Of a DNA stretch of 50,118 nt, positions 24,011-42,649 are shown one piece after another. The position numbers were made by a program, and so were the translations under genes. The stretch spans positions 1 through 50,118 of the forward strand of contig NOWV01000316.1 in NCBI GenBank assembly GCA_003344405.1, in the 5' to 3' direction. Numbering within the stretch: the first letter of the stretch is position 1; the number at the start of each line of letters is the position of its first letter. The notes beneath the pieces were generated by a model. That model had not been told where the DNA came from. It did no database searches and saw only the letters and a list, made by a program, of their open reading frames with translations. Source of the DNA: Trichoplax sp. H2 (taxonomy: Eukaryota).

Positions 24011-27000
24011 ATGAATTGGCCTAACAAAAAGATACTGTTAATCTTGGCCGCTATCTTGATATTGGTAACTGCTGCCTGCTTTTGGTATAGCAACCATAGA
24101 AGGTTGCGGCTATATCATACAAATGGAAATATAGTTCCCGATCATTATATGAACTTTACTGATGACGAAGACCTTACATTTCCACATCCAGCTGTGACGA
24201 TTACAAATGCTGGCCTAGATGGTGAAAAATTAGCTGCAAATAAAACTCCTAATATTAACCCTCATTGCCGTATGAGCAATTGCTTTAACTATAGCAGGTG
24301 TATTGGCCGCCCTTTCAAAGTTTACGTATATGATGGAAATAATAAAATGTCCGATAGCTATGCTAGAGTTGTCCGAACCATTCAGAATAGTCCTTACTAT
24401 ACTAACCAGCCAGATCAAGCGTGCCTATTTGTTTTAGCTGTTGATACTCTTGACCGTGACAAATCAAGTGAAGATTACGTAAATCGCGTCTCCAAGATTA
24501 GTTCTCATAAGTTATGGAATCGTGGTTATAATCATATCATCTTTAATTTATTCGCTGGTACCTGGCCGGATTATGCTGAAGATCTAAGCTTATCTTTAGA
24601 GAATGCGATCCTCATCAAAGCATCCTTTTCAGACTCTACCTATCGTCTTGGCTTTGATATCAGCTGGCCGTTATTTGGTAAAGATTATCCTTTACATAAT
24701 TTGCAAAATGATGGTCGTCAGCCAGGAAGTTTATCAAGTATTTTCCCAATTCACCGAAAGTATAAAGCAGCTTTTAAAGGCAAACGTTATGTATTGGGAA
24801 TAGGAAGTGAAACTAGAAATGCTTTACACCACTTACATGATGATCTCAATTATATCATGGTAACAACGTGTAAACATGGTAATACCTGGCGAGAGCATCA
24901 AGATAGTAGATGTGTGGTTGATGAGCTAACGTATGGAGAGTAAGTAAAACCAAAATGTGCAAATAGGACCTACAGGGTATACAGTAAACGTGACATTTAT
25001 ATCGTCCTTCTGTTCATATATCCATGCATCAGTCTCTTGACTCTTGTAATGGTAGTTGCCTGCATCTACACAGTAAATAACGTTACAGTATAGTAGTATT
25101 TGTTATATTTACACGAGGTACGATTGATTTATATAAATTAGCAAGTAGCGTCTCCAAGTATGAGTACATCATATCCAATAAAATTAATTTTATAAGTAAG
25201 AAATAGCGCTTTGCAATGACAAAATCTTTATAATGAAGATAAAATTACAGTCGCCACTTCTGTGTTCTAAGTATACGACGATATTCCTCAATACAGGTAC
25301 GACTATCAAGATTTGCTGATAAATTCCACATTTTGCTTGGTCCCACGGGGTAGGCGCCTGGGCTCTTTTCGATTCTTGGAGGCGCTTCAGTTTGGTTGCA
25401 TACCAATTGTGCTAAGCAATGGGTGGGTGCTGCCATTCTCTGAAGTCATTGATTGGAAGAAAGCTTGCGTACAGATTGATGAAAGGCAATTATTCGATGT
25501 AAGTATTTAACATATTTTCCTTAAATCTTGAATACGCAATTCTATAAATACGTAATATGCTATTATTGCATGATTACATTTAAAATGCAATGACATCTTA
25601 ATCAATTTCTTGCTGCAGGTGCCAGAGTTAATTGAGTCTATTAGTGATGAAAAAATACTTGCTATGAAGCAGCAAAGTATATTCCTATGGCAAACTTATT
25701 TTCAATCTGTAACTAGGATCGTTCTGTCTACTTTAGAGGTAATTACTGAAAAATTGTTTACATTAGACTAGCAAATTAATAGTTGTGTATATAGATTAAC
25801 TTGTGAGTGTCACGGAAAAAATCTTAGTATTGTATTGCAACTTAATTGTTGCGAATATCTTTAACAGAAATGCATTATATGGCTGTGAGTTTAAATAGCG
25901 TTATATAAAATAAAAGTCTAATTCGAATTATTTTACTAGATTATTCGAGGCCGTATTGACCAAACTAATCCAGTACATAATCTGTTATGGAACCACGTAC
26001 CTGGTGCCTTAGCTGCGTTACATACTCCATTTCTAGAAGATGCACAAGATTATCCCTTTTATTCTAATGGGATATGGAATTCTCATGTCCAAAAGGCATT
26101 TACTGCTATCATTGTCGTAAGAAATTATCCAGATCGTAAAAAATCCACGGCTTTCTACCAGTTAATGCGTACTTTGACTAGTTTGCCTGTTGTAAATAAG
26201 GTAAATATGTTAATGAACTCTATCTAATCAATATCGCTCCAGTTACTTATCAAGTTTAATTCTCTACTAAATTTAACTTTACGATATCTAGGTATGGATT
26301 CATTGGCGATGTAAGCAGCCAATCATCGCTGTATCTGAACTACCCAGAATATTATCTAATATATCTATTGTTATATCTGATTTCAGAAATCAGGTATGTT
26401 ATGTTTTTTTTGCAGTTACATAACACTACAGAAATATCGTTAATTAAATTCACTTTTTCATTATTCCATGCTTTAATTTAATCATCATTAATGTTAAATT
26501 TTCTGACTTAAACAATCAGTTCTGTTGCGTTAACTTTTGTATTAGTTAAGGATAGGTGTCGATATTAACTTGATTTTATTAATGAAACGTTAGGATTACT
26601 ATTTGAGCAACGTCTCGAATTTAATGCATATTATTGAGACGCAAGCCATTCTATTTTTAGAGCAAGATGCTGTATATAATAAAGACGAGGTTGCTATATA
26701 TTTTCGTTCGAATATAAATGTTTATTAAATGAACATTTTAGCTCATTTACTAATTACACGATATAATAATATAGATCCTATTTGCCTTCGATATCTGGCG
26801 GTCCTTTACCGATAGACTGGTTGGTTACGCTAGTAAAAGTCATTATTGGAATGATGTCCATAAAAGATATGAATTTACCTCTAAGTGGCTTAATTACTAT
26901 TCGATTATAATGTTAAATGGAGCTTTCATACATAGGTAAAGGATTTAAAATTATTTTTTAGTATTGTAGATATTTTATTTTGCGAAATTGCTAGCTGTGT

Positions 27001-27421
27001 GCGATGATATACTTATTCATACACTAAATGTTTGAAATCTTTTGGCAGATACTACTACGACTTGGTATATCATTTCTTTTCTGATGTTGCCTTAAACAAA
27101 ATTCAGCGCCTAGACAATTGTTTAGACATTGCAATCAACACTGTTATTTCTTATATTACGAATAAGCCACCCGTCAAGTTAACGCAAAAGAAATATCATA
27201 AAATATCTGAAGAATTTTCTAGTAATGAACCAGCATTAAAGGTACTACGTCGAAGAATGTCTCAAAGATGGAAATGTTTGAATTACTTAACCGAATTGTT
27301 TGGAAGGCTACCATTAATACATTCCTATCTTCGTTATGATCCCTTATCATTTAAACATCCATTGACCGCTGATCGCAAGCGGTATCGCCAAACCAAAGAT
27401 TTATTTGATAATATTTATTAA
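24011..27421 (+). CDS. EXT1: Exostosin-1-like heparan sulfate polymerase (GT47 + GT64), 8 exons
   Basis: Exons are approximately 24011-24939, 25297-25498, 25619-25738, 25940-26200, 26292-26393, 26594-26689, 26775-26935 and 27049-27421. They encode a type [56 protein letters not shown] and [22 protein letters not shown] (EXT1-specific motifs), then a divergent GT64 domain. Confidence 0.93.
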
Positions 27422-28004
27422 TATGGAACGTAACAGAGATATCTGTAGCTTTGATTGTTGTTTACTTTATTATTATATGTTATTTAGAACATTATGTTTC
27501 TATTAGTTCAGTTTCATATGTAGCGTTTAAAAATTTAGAACAATTCGAAAAGCATTTATTGTTATAATTAATTTTACGACTCATTTATTAATCGGGTGTC
27601 AGTACTATCTTATTGAAAAAAATCAAACCTAAAATTGAATAAAGGTGATTCACGTATTGTATACCACAATTGATGTCAATTTATTGCTGTATCATACTTA
27701 TTAATCAATTTCCGAATGCAAAAGAATGACTATAAGCACGGTTTAATGTGTAGAATATCAAGACCTTTTAAATCGTCTAATGTGGAGAATGATTTGCCAT
27801 TGACGATATCATATTGTAATATCGTTACATTAATGTAAGGAGTATATCTTACTTACTCCTTTGCGAACTTCATTAATAGCACGTTTAAGTTATAGCATTT
27901 CTAGCATGATTTTGCTTAAGTTTTATACCTTACTGCAATGTACGCAAATTTATACGTAGACTAGAGTTTACTTTCGCTGGTATTACTGACACATATTTAG
28001 GCCA

Positions 28005-29726
28005 TTAAAATTTGCGTAGTTCCCATTTTATTTCGCCAAGGTCATCATCACCAACTTTAGCTATAATATAACAAAGTAGTAGAATACAGTCGTAAGTAAC
28101 ACAACATTCATTCAGTGCAGATTTTAATACGTACTAGATTGGGTAACGCGCGATAGTGATGATCGTTATTAACCTACCGACTTTGTTTTCAATTAATAAC
28201 TTTTTCAAAGTAAGAACAAGGTTGTTTTCCGCTGCTAATAAATATGATTCCGGAATATCCTTTACATAAGATACGGAATATTTAACCCATGTAGTAAATG
28301 CCAAACAATACCCCAAATTACTATAAATACATACTCGCATACAGAACATACGAAGTCATACTATTGTAACTACACGCCAAACCTTGTATACGATTTTTGT
28401 CAATTCCATTGAAGAAGCAAGTTTACCACTCAGACTTCTCATAACATTAAGAATCTAAGCAGGAAATAATATAATTATTTTGAAAGATGTTATACAAGAA
28501 TTAAATCTTTGATCTTAAAACAGTTAAAGCTAATGCTGCTCACTTGGTCTTCTCTTTCTTTCCGATGAGAAATATATTCCCTGATCTTGGAATGGGCGTC
28601 CTTGATAATTGGTCCATGGCCCGGGTATATGATTTTGCAAGGATAATTTAATAATAATTTTAACGATTGTATCAATTCGTATAAATCGTCGAATACCTAT
28701 TACAATAGATAGAAAGGTTATCATTACATATTCAGACCAGATGCATTCAGTGGCATACATTCTGCTATCATACAATTTCAATTCGATTAGTGAAAATATT
28801 CAAAATGCAATTCGTAAATGTAGATAGGGACCAATACAGCAATGGCTTTATTTAATACCGTTGTTCCCTGTCCTAAAATGCAATCGCCACTTAATATAGC
28901 TTCATCCTCTTGAAGATATATTGCCATATGATCGCAACAGTGTCCTGGTGTATGTATAACTTTAAGTGTTGCCCCATCAGTCTTAATGATTTCGCCATCT
29001 TCTAAATATTGGTAATGCAAGCTATTATCATTTATAACGTCTTCTTTCCTATTGTCCTTGAACGGTAACTTCTTGATTGGTATTCTTTCGCCTATAAATG
29101 AATTCAATTATCACATTACAATTTAATTTAATTGATGACTTTTAATCATTTTACAGAGAATTGATTCTATTTATAATTATATGATTTCCGACGTGATTTC
29201 AATGCTTGAATACGCAATTAAATTAATTAAAACGCAAAGATAATATAAAATTCAGTTCTGTATTAGTACATGAGCGGACTAACCACCCAGAACGTCATTT
29301 ATAACAGCGGCAATGGCTCCAACATGATCTCCATGATGATGAGTCAAGAGAATTTCTTGTAAGCCAATGTCATTCTTGAGCAACACTTCTTTTAATTTAT
29401 CAGTATAAAGAGGTATTTCAGGTTCTGAAGTATCTACCAGTATCCGTCTAGAAAGTATTGACGAATATACCAACTATGATTATGATTATAAGTAGGGTAG
29501 AAAATTCAAAAATACAAATCATGTACAATAGCTTACAATACTATACAGTAAGAATGAAATTTAATTGATTTAGTATGATATATGGATATTACTTTTTGCC
29601 TGTCCCTATAATATAAGAGTTTGTGCCCTGAAGAGTCATCATACCGGGATTGCCACCTAGTATTCGAATAACCCTGGGAGATAGTTGTGCTTCCATTTCC
29701 AATGGAACTAAACTGCCAGCAGTCAT
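28005..29726 (-). CDS. LACTB2: LACTB2-like metallo-beta-lactamase-fold endoribonuclease, paralogue A, 7 exons
   Basis: Encodes [82 protein letters not shown] and AAENNL, ending KWELRKF* (TAA at 28007-28005). Confidence 0.92.
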
Positions 29727-31952
29727 TTTGAGTTGGAGTCACTAGTATTTGAAGTAAAATTTCATTATAGAATGAATTCATTAATTTGTGCTTAGCATAA
29801 CATATTATTATTACATCATCTTGCATGACATGCTCCTTAATTATACATTAATGTATAAAAATATAATCCTATTATCAAAGAGTTTCAAACAGTCTAGCGA
29901 AGATCACCATGTCTAATATTACAGTATTAGCTATTGCAGATGTTACACAGGACAGTAGCTTGCAATAGGGCATTTTAGTGCATCATGTTATTATAACTTT
30001 GCTAATGGTAGATCCAGTAACAAAGTCAAGCAAACTTCTCTTGTACTCATAGCATACTCTACGGTGTATGTACACTGTACAAGGTGCAACCACTATCATT
30101 TGTATATTATATTTAGCTGTGTACTGTAGTGCAAAAGCAGACTTGCAAGAAAATCAGCGAAATTTTAACTTATTATACTATATTTGACTCAATCAAGGAC
30201 TACTACTGTTCTACAACTGACATCTATATCACCCATATCACCAATCAATTAGGTTTAGTTCAATATTAATATATGTTCACTCGTATAAAATCATGGATAC
30301 TTTCGTCTTATTTTCTATCAAGTCTACACATGTATCATAGGTCAGTTAGGTTTAGATCAGTATTTATTATTAGATTAGCATAAATCAATTTCTTTTTTGG
30401 CCACTGCTAATGCTTACGTCAATTCAAGATGGATCGTGATCATTGGGGATAAATGCAATTCTACGTAAGGTAGTGCTCTGTCTTTATTAAGATGAACGTT
30501 CTATAGGTAAAACTCATTACGTAGTTGCGTCATATCCTCAGATTTACCAATCCCACGTTTGATTATCAATAACCGTATCTGCCAGGATACTAGATGTCGT
30601 AGTATCCATCCATCACTGGTTCAAATGTAACGTAGAAATTGAGATTTATTTAGAAGACTCAACAACAGTAGAATGGAAGCAATGTAATGGATAGTGCAAA
30701 ATGTAATGTGAACTGTATGTCAACAGGAGAAGTAGGCAGCAGAGGCATGAACTTTATAGTATCAAACTATAATCATAAATACATAAGTTCAGTAATAGCA
30801 ACAAGCCTATTTAGCATATATGCTGTATATATTCTACGTCTGGCATTCACCAAACACTACAACTTGAATCGCATCAGGAAAGTGGCAAATTTTAAGAGAG
30901 CGTTGGAGTAGTTTGCATTTACTCCTAGGTGCACTGGTATGATTCTATTTAAATTGTGTCATCTCTATTTACTGATGACGACTCCAAGTATATCGGGAAA
31001 GAGGCAGCTTTTAAGTCGGTGTTACGCTGATGTCGTTCTGATTAAATTAACGTGTGTCTATGTGTCGACCTGGATTCATTTCTATCGCTGATGAAGAAGT
31101 CAATGGCACTACAATACCTTTAAATTTGCAGTTCGAATTTCAGTAGCAAGAGAATCAAGATTCTAAGTTGGTTGTAGAGCGCAGTACAGCACGTATATTC
31201 ACGAATAACACTGCTCACAACCACAAGCTAGAACAACATTCTACAAGTGCAGAATCTGATTCGTTTTTTATAGGTGATGAAGAAGTGAAATACCTTTTCA
31301 ATCTGGATAAAATTTCAGTAGCGAGAGCCAAGATGGAGGAGGGAGATGTTAAACCAACTGTTGGTATAGCCAGCTAAGACTATGCTTATACTATAGCTAT
31401 ATGTAAGTAAAAATCCCACAGAGTTGAATCATCAATCGTCATGGTAATGGTTACTGCATAGCTACCGTAGCTATGCTTGTAACACTATATCATGGTCAGT
31501 AGACTCGTCCATCGGGCCCGTGCATAATCACTTCAATGTTTTCATGGAATCGCTCAAACTAATCAAGTAGATGGATCTCCAGCACGATCAAAAGGTAAAT
31601 TCTGCAATCCATTATTAGGAGCTAGGGCAAAATTATTTGTAGATACTGTCGTTGTCTTAACAAGAGAGATTTCCTTGCAAAGAGAATTTATATGAGCTAG
31701 AGGAAAATAACCATTTACTCTATGTAGTCTTGAACCGATGATACTGTTCAGTGGGGAAATTTTGTAAAAGAAGAAGAAATAACTAAGGGTGTATCAGTTG
31801 CAACTCTAGCGATTATCATTGACGAGATAGTTTAATCAAGAAGGTGCATTAATAAATTAAAATAGTGTGTTTGATAGTGTTGTCAATAGCTGCAATACAT
31901 GCAGCTTAGGTAACATCTCTAAATTTTGACTTGTAGTAAACATAGACTCAGT

Positions 31953-34683
31953 ATGACTGCTGGTTCCTTGGTTGCACTTCGCATGGTGGAAAAACTCTCT
32001 CCTAGAGTGATTCGAATATTGGGTTGTAATGCTAGACCGATGACTTTGCAAGGAACAAATTCTTATCTTGTCGGAACTGGTAAAAGGTCAGTTAAACCTC
32101 ATACTATTATTATAATGATATGGAATGATTGCCTGCTCCATCATCTCATACTGTATAACATTATCCTCAACTTCTCCTTCTTATACTATATAATACAACA
32201 AATCTCATACTGTAGTGTATAACATTGTCCTCCATTTTCTCCTTCTTACACTATATGCTACAACAAATCTTATACTGTATAACATTGTCCTCAATTTCTC
32301 CTTCTTACAGTATATGCTACAATAAGTGTATCCTATCATGATATCAGAATATTTCTAAAGCATCATCGCATAGTTTGTTACCAAAAAAAACAACAATGTT
32401 TCCATTTCTATTTATATAGCGAGCATTGGGGAGATACCTGCAAGGTATAGATCATGTAGTTGTCAGTGTCTTGCCAACGTGTCTGTATTAGTAAGGTTAT
32501 ATTTCAATTTACTCAATTTGCAACCGAGTCTCTAAGATTAAGTCATGATCAACATCACAGTATCTTTCGACCACTAGTCTCATAAATTGATTCACTCATC
32601 GTCATATTTACCTTCATTTATTGTACTGTATTTCTAGCAAACTAAAATGTGAACTGTAACAGCTGGTTATTTATTTTTGTTTTCCTCTTAGACGATTGTT
32701 GATCGATACTTCGGATCCCGATGTTCCTGCTTATAGGAAATTACTCAATGATGTTTTAATTGAGAACGGTATTCACGTTCAAGAAATTATTGCTACTCAT
32801 CATCACATAGATCACGTAGGAGCAATTGGCGACGTTATGGATCATGTAATCAGAGGTTAATGCTGACATGATATGCGAATACAGTCCTCATTGTGATGTA
32901 CCCGTAGTATATTTTTACTGACTTCCATCAGAAACTTCTTAAAAGTCTCTGCTTCCACATACGTATAGAGATGGATACAACTAGATTACGAGATCCTTCT
33001 TTCTCTCATATTCTCTCTATTAATAAAGGCCTATCTCTTACTATACCTTGTGTGTTAGCTCTCTATAAGATCACAGGATATATTACATATGTCTCTCAAA
33101 GTCAATGAGGATAAATACTTTACTACTAAAACTCTTGACATGGAAATTATCGGAACAAATATAAAATTCTAGTTATTGCATTATTGCATAGCGTTATACT
33201 CGTATAACCGTCATATATAGCTGCTTATAAAATGATGATAGGGTTACTACGATTTGTAAACTTGTTCAGCATATTTAAAACTACAAAACAGAAATTGATT
33301 ATTTAATATTGTTTAATATGATGCAGGTAATAGTATTCGAATAAGCAAATTAGGATGGAATGATCATCGAAATGAAGAAATACCTGGTAGAAAAGATCTA
33401 GATTATACATATTTTAATGAAGGTGATGAAATTAAAACTGAGGGGGCAACACTGCAAGTAATTCATACACCTGGTCATTGCGATGATCATGCAGCGTTCC
33501 TTCTAAAAGAAGAAGATGCTATATTCAGTGGTGATTGTATTCTTGGTCAAGGAACTGGGGTAGGTATCCGCAGTTCTGTTGTCACTTTTTAATCATATCA
33601 GCTAATTGAGCATTGCAAAAACTTCCATTCATGGTGTCCCTATTTTAGCACTGAGATGTATAAAATTGATTAAGCTTAAGGTTATTAGGTTGTATCGCTA
33701 TAGAAACTTACTGCGATGACTAAAATATTAATTATAGTCTTCGATTAAATTGAGCTGTAGATAATTAGTAGATGCAATGTCATTATATTAAGTTTAGTGA
33801 CTACTTTTACGTTAACGTATATTGCACATTTTCAATACGTACAATAGCAATACAAGAACATACACCAAGAGGCTTATGTATCTCTACGGTAAGGTATTAG
33901 TTATCTAGTTAAATGTGTTGGCTATTGCAGCATTTGTGCTTGCATGTTCTTGAATGTGTCTGATTCATGTTATTGTATAAGCCAAATATGTGTATATTAT
34001 GAAATGTTACCGTATTGTATACTAATCAAAGTATTTCATCCGTTTCAGCAATTCGATGATTTATATAAACTCTTGAAATCCTTAGAGAAGATACGTTCCT
34101 TTCAATCAAAATTAATATATCCTGGTCATGGTCCAATAATATTGGATACTGGAGCCGAAATAAATGAATACATTGAACATCGAAAAGAAAGAGAGAAACA
34201 GGTTTTTCCTACTATTTAATTCATATTCACGAAGCTTTTTTGGTAACACCCATTAAGATAGATCAGCTCATTGGTAATTGTCAAATAAACATTCATTATT
34301 GGGTTTTATAGGTTTTAAACGTGATGACTCTTGCTAATAAAAAGCCGCTATCTACTACTCAGTTAGCGAAGATGGTCTACCAGGTTAGTTCCTAGATAAT
34401 AATCTATACTTCATATACGCATCTGCAAGGCGCTTCTGACTTTATATTTAACATTTATGGCTGTTAGGGAGTGCCTGAAAGTTTAATGAAAGCCGCTGAA
34501 AGTAACCTTGTTTTGACTTTAAATAAAATGGTTATTGAAAAAACAGTTGGTAGGTTTGATGTGAAGTTTAATGGTATAATATAGCCAGCTCTATGTCGTA
34601 AAAACTAAGAATAACAAATTTAATTCTATTTAGCTAAAATTGAAGTTGATAAGCAAGAAATCAAATGGGTCATAGCAAAATAG
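31953..34683 (+). CDS. LACTB2: LACTB2-like metallo-beta-lactamase-fold endoribonuclease, paralogue B, 7 exons
   Basis: Encodes [82 protein letters not shown] and AAESNL, ending KWVIAK* (TAG at 34681-34683). Intron positions match paralogue A. Confidence 0.92.
32143..32325. repeat. Intronic minisatellite, 3 copies of ~60 bp, in LACTB2-B intron 1
   Basis: atct(c/t)atactgt..taacatt(a/g)tcctc..ttctccttctta.a.tatat..tacaa occurs at about 32143, 32202 and 32267. Confidence 0.85.
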
Positions 34684-35810
34684 ATTTTGAAATAAGGTCA
34701 AACTTCCTGGAATTTCATAATAGGACCTATCTTGTGTTGTTTGAAGCTAATTCTAACTGCATGTACTCGTGCGTATACTAATGTGGCATTTTTACATATT
34801 TAATTTTATCGATGCATAAGCTAATTATAATCGGATAGGTTGAGAAGAAAACAGTAACTATTTTGATTATTACGAAAATTTAAACTTTTAATATAAATTA
34901 GGTTGTAATACTCTTATATACCTCATGCAGTACGTGTGCTACGGCATGAAAGCTCCTACAAATTCTGCTAGTTTTTTTCGCATAACGTAGATATTTATAA
35001 TAAATAGTTTAACTTGAAAAATATCGATTTTAATAAATTCGGTATTTGTTGATGTCTTTTATTGCCTAGATATTTGTACTTTGCGAAAATACAGTGTAGT
35101 CTCAATGAAAACTTTGAGACACCTTACATGCACGCAAATTCTAAGAAACTTTCACTTTTACCGTATTTCATGTCTGTAAGCCAAATTTTATTTTATAATT
35201 GCAAATTGAAAAATAATCACCTAGTCTATATACAAATACACAAAAATTAAGTATTAATGTGTGAAAACTGTACAGATATGCTTAAACCAGATAGGAGAAA
35301 TTAAATTCCTGGTATAATACGGCTATTTGTAAAAATTATATAATAGTATAGTGGTAAAGAATCGAAAGTCAACATACTAATGATCATAAAAACCAAATTC
35401 AGAGTAAAACTTTTTCGGGAAGAACAGAAACCAATGACGAAATTTCATTTAACATTAACCCAACTATTGCTATACGTACTGTACAATGTACATATGCGTA
35501 TACATAAATATGCATGATGGAAGAAACTTGACATATCAAATGGATAATAGGTAAAGTAATACCGTAAAGGGTTATTTCTATTTAATTAAGCGCAAATTAA
35601 TTGAGCATTCATTCCGTTGGTACAACGGACAATTACAAATATATCACTTAACAGCTTCTTGAACATTTTTTGAGTGTTGAAATATACAGGTACCTATTCA
35701 TAAACCATCCATTGAAAATTTACAAATACAAAGATAATTTTTCCCTTGTATACCCGGTGAAAAAATCTTATTTCCAACCGTAGGTAGTATTGGTATTACA
35801 TTCATCTGAA

Positions 35811-40284
<4,474 letters not shown>

Positions 40285-40599
40285 GTTGGAAAGATTCGCT
40301 TGACCTATCTACTGCTTTGGATAAAATTGCTGATATTCTGATATTGGTTAACAACAAGTCAATTCTTCACAGAGCCATTGATACCCTGTCTATTCAATGG
40401 TGATAAACTATCGGAATTATAGTTGCTTGCGTCTTGATCAATAAGATTTACTTTTCTAAGGAAGAAAGATGAAAAATTTCCACATCAACTTTAATCCTTC
40501 TTCCCCAAGTGTAGTGGCATAGGGAGTGTTGCGCTGTGGGGTTGTCGCTTTACTGAATACACTGCGGCTATTACTATGGAAGGTCTATAGTAAAGCCGT

Positions 40600-40740
40600 T
40601 CAGTACTGTACTGTACTGTACGTTGAACTCATTGTACCTAATGCCCTTGACCAGGTGTACAGTACACTGTACAGTACTGTACAACAAAGACACGATACAT
40701 TGTACTGTATTAGATGCTGTCTTGTACTGTACAGTACGAT
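40600..40740. repeat. TACAG/CTGTA pentamer island upstream of STK3/4
   Basis: cagtactgtactgtactgtac and gtgtacagtacactgtacagtactgtac. Confidence 0.85.
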
Positions 40741-40989
40741 AATTCTGCACTTTCAGATGAGCGTCCGGCCGTCCGTTTTTCAGATGGCGGACATGTTTTA
40801 GTGGGCAAACCACTTTGAATGAAGGTCATAGTAATTTAGCCTACAGTTCCAAACTGAATTACGGGATGCATGATTGTATACGGGGGGTTTCTAACTTTTC
40901 AAACAGCTGAAAAGCTGACATTGACATAAATTAGAAAAATTAAAGGATGTAAATGTTTTAGATTGAAATCCAAGTTGTGTGCTTTTAAG

Positions 40990-41210
40990 GCATCATGGAT
41001 GGATCGTTAAGCGAAAAAAAAATCCCACATTTGATATCGACAATGTAGTTTAAATCGACATGGAAAAGGTGCCATTGGCAAAATTTCCTTGCCAAATGGC
41101 ACAAAACGACGCTAAATCGTGCCAATCGCACAGCTTCGAGATCGATTGAAATGATGCCATCGGTATCAAATATGGATTTTTGTACACTGAACGATCAGTT
41201 AGTGATGATA
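40990..41210. mobile_element. Degenerate fold-back element (MITE-like non-autonomous DNA element)
   Basis: gatcgttaagcgaaaaaaaaatcccacatttgatatcga (41002-41040) is an imperfect reverse complement of tcggtatcaaatatggatttttgtacactgaacgatc (41160-41196). There is also an internal hairpin gtgccattggcaa-aatttcc-ttgccaaatggcac (41069-41102). Confidence 0.55.
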
Positions 41211-42649
41211 ATGCAGGGCCAAAATTGGGGCTCGGCTGTTAATATTTAATATTTTGTCCAATCCCTTTCTCTGGTATACAGTGCTTACAGTACGGTATTG
41301 CATATGGTCCCAGTTACTGTGGCAGGTTTTCTTTCTACTTGTAACTGTACAGTAGAGGGATCCAGAATGTCAAAAATATTTCATAACGTTAGCTAGACAC
41401 TTCTATATTGTGCCATATTACACTTTCTATCATTGCTCCAAATTTCAAGTTAAGCAGTGATCAATCGATGTACTTTAACTACGATTCTGCTTTGCACCTT
41501 CGACAAGGGACTTTCTAAATATCGAAATGTAAAGGTCCCTGATTCCAACCCTAACATTGACGTTTCCGTCATAATGAAATGAATGTGATTCACCGGATAG
41601 CTCTTATTTGTGCTTCCTATGCTGGAAAATTTTTGTAGATCGAATAACTCTTCTTGTCATGTCAAATTACTCATTGGCGTAGGTATACGTAGTCGCGAAT
41701 ATAATATATTTTATATTATACTCGTATACTGATATCATGACTACAAACTATACGCTTAGGATACCAGCAATTATGCTTACTAAATAACATACTATGATAT
41801 CTGGCGGTCAGATATGCGTACTTGTAGAATATGCAATCCTGTATAAGCCTAACTATAATCAATTACGACGAGTGATCCAGTACAATAGCATAAACTCGAA
41901 TTTGAAGGTAACACTGAGGTATATGAAGTATTGTAGTGAAGATACCGTTCTATTACTATTTTAGATCAGACACAAGAACTTATTACTGATTCAAAATGAC
42001 AACTGATAGATTTCAATTAATTACTGTTTACATCACAAATGTAAAATAGATAAAACATAAAGAATGATATCAGTTTCTCTTTATATATATCGCTTCACAT
42101 TATCGATAGATATTAGCAACAATACAGCATTGAGTTCCAGTCATCAACAAAGGCAGCTTAAAGCAATTTGACGTCGAAACTAAAATAACTTACAAATATC
42201 AAAGAAAAAAATCTGTCCTATATTGTCTTATGTGATATAATTGAACGAATAGCAAAGCTATAAAATCCAGTAATATTGTGCATGTTCACTATACATAGCC
42301 TTTCTGACTGATTTAATAACATAAAACATTATACAGCACTATAATTTAATATAAGCGTGCACACATAAAATAGACGAACGTATAGAAATTAATTGCTTTT
42401 TATAGGATTTTATACCAGTATATTGGATACACCGAATTTAATAAAGTAGTAATCAATAATAAATGGTTATGGGTGGTAAATTATAGTTCTCATCACTATT
42501 CAGACTTTCACAGTTATCAATTGCTAGTTCATACATTGTCACTACAAAAGCTTCGTATTAAATTTAAAATATTCTATTGCATTAAATTAGCATTTCGTTA
42601 TATGTTAAAAATAAAGTGAATAATTTGGCCCAGTATAAGTAACACTACA

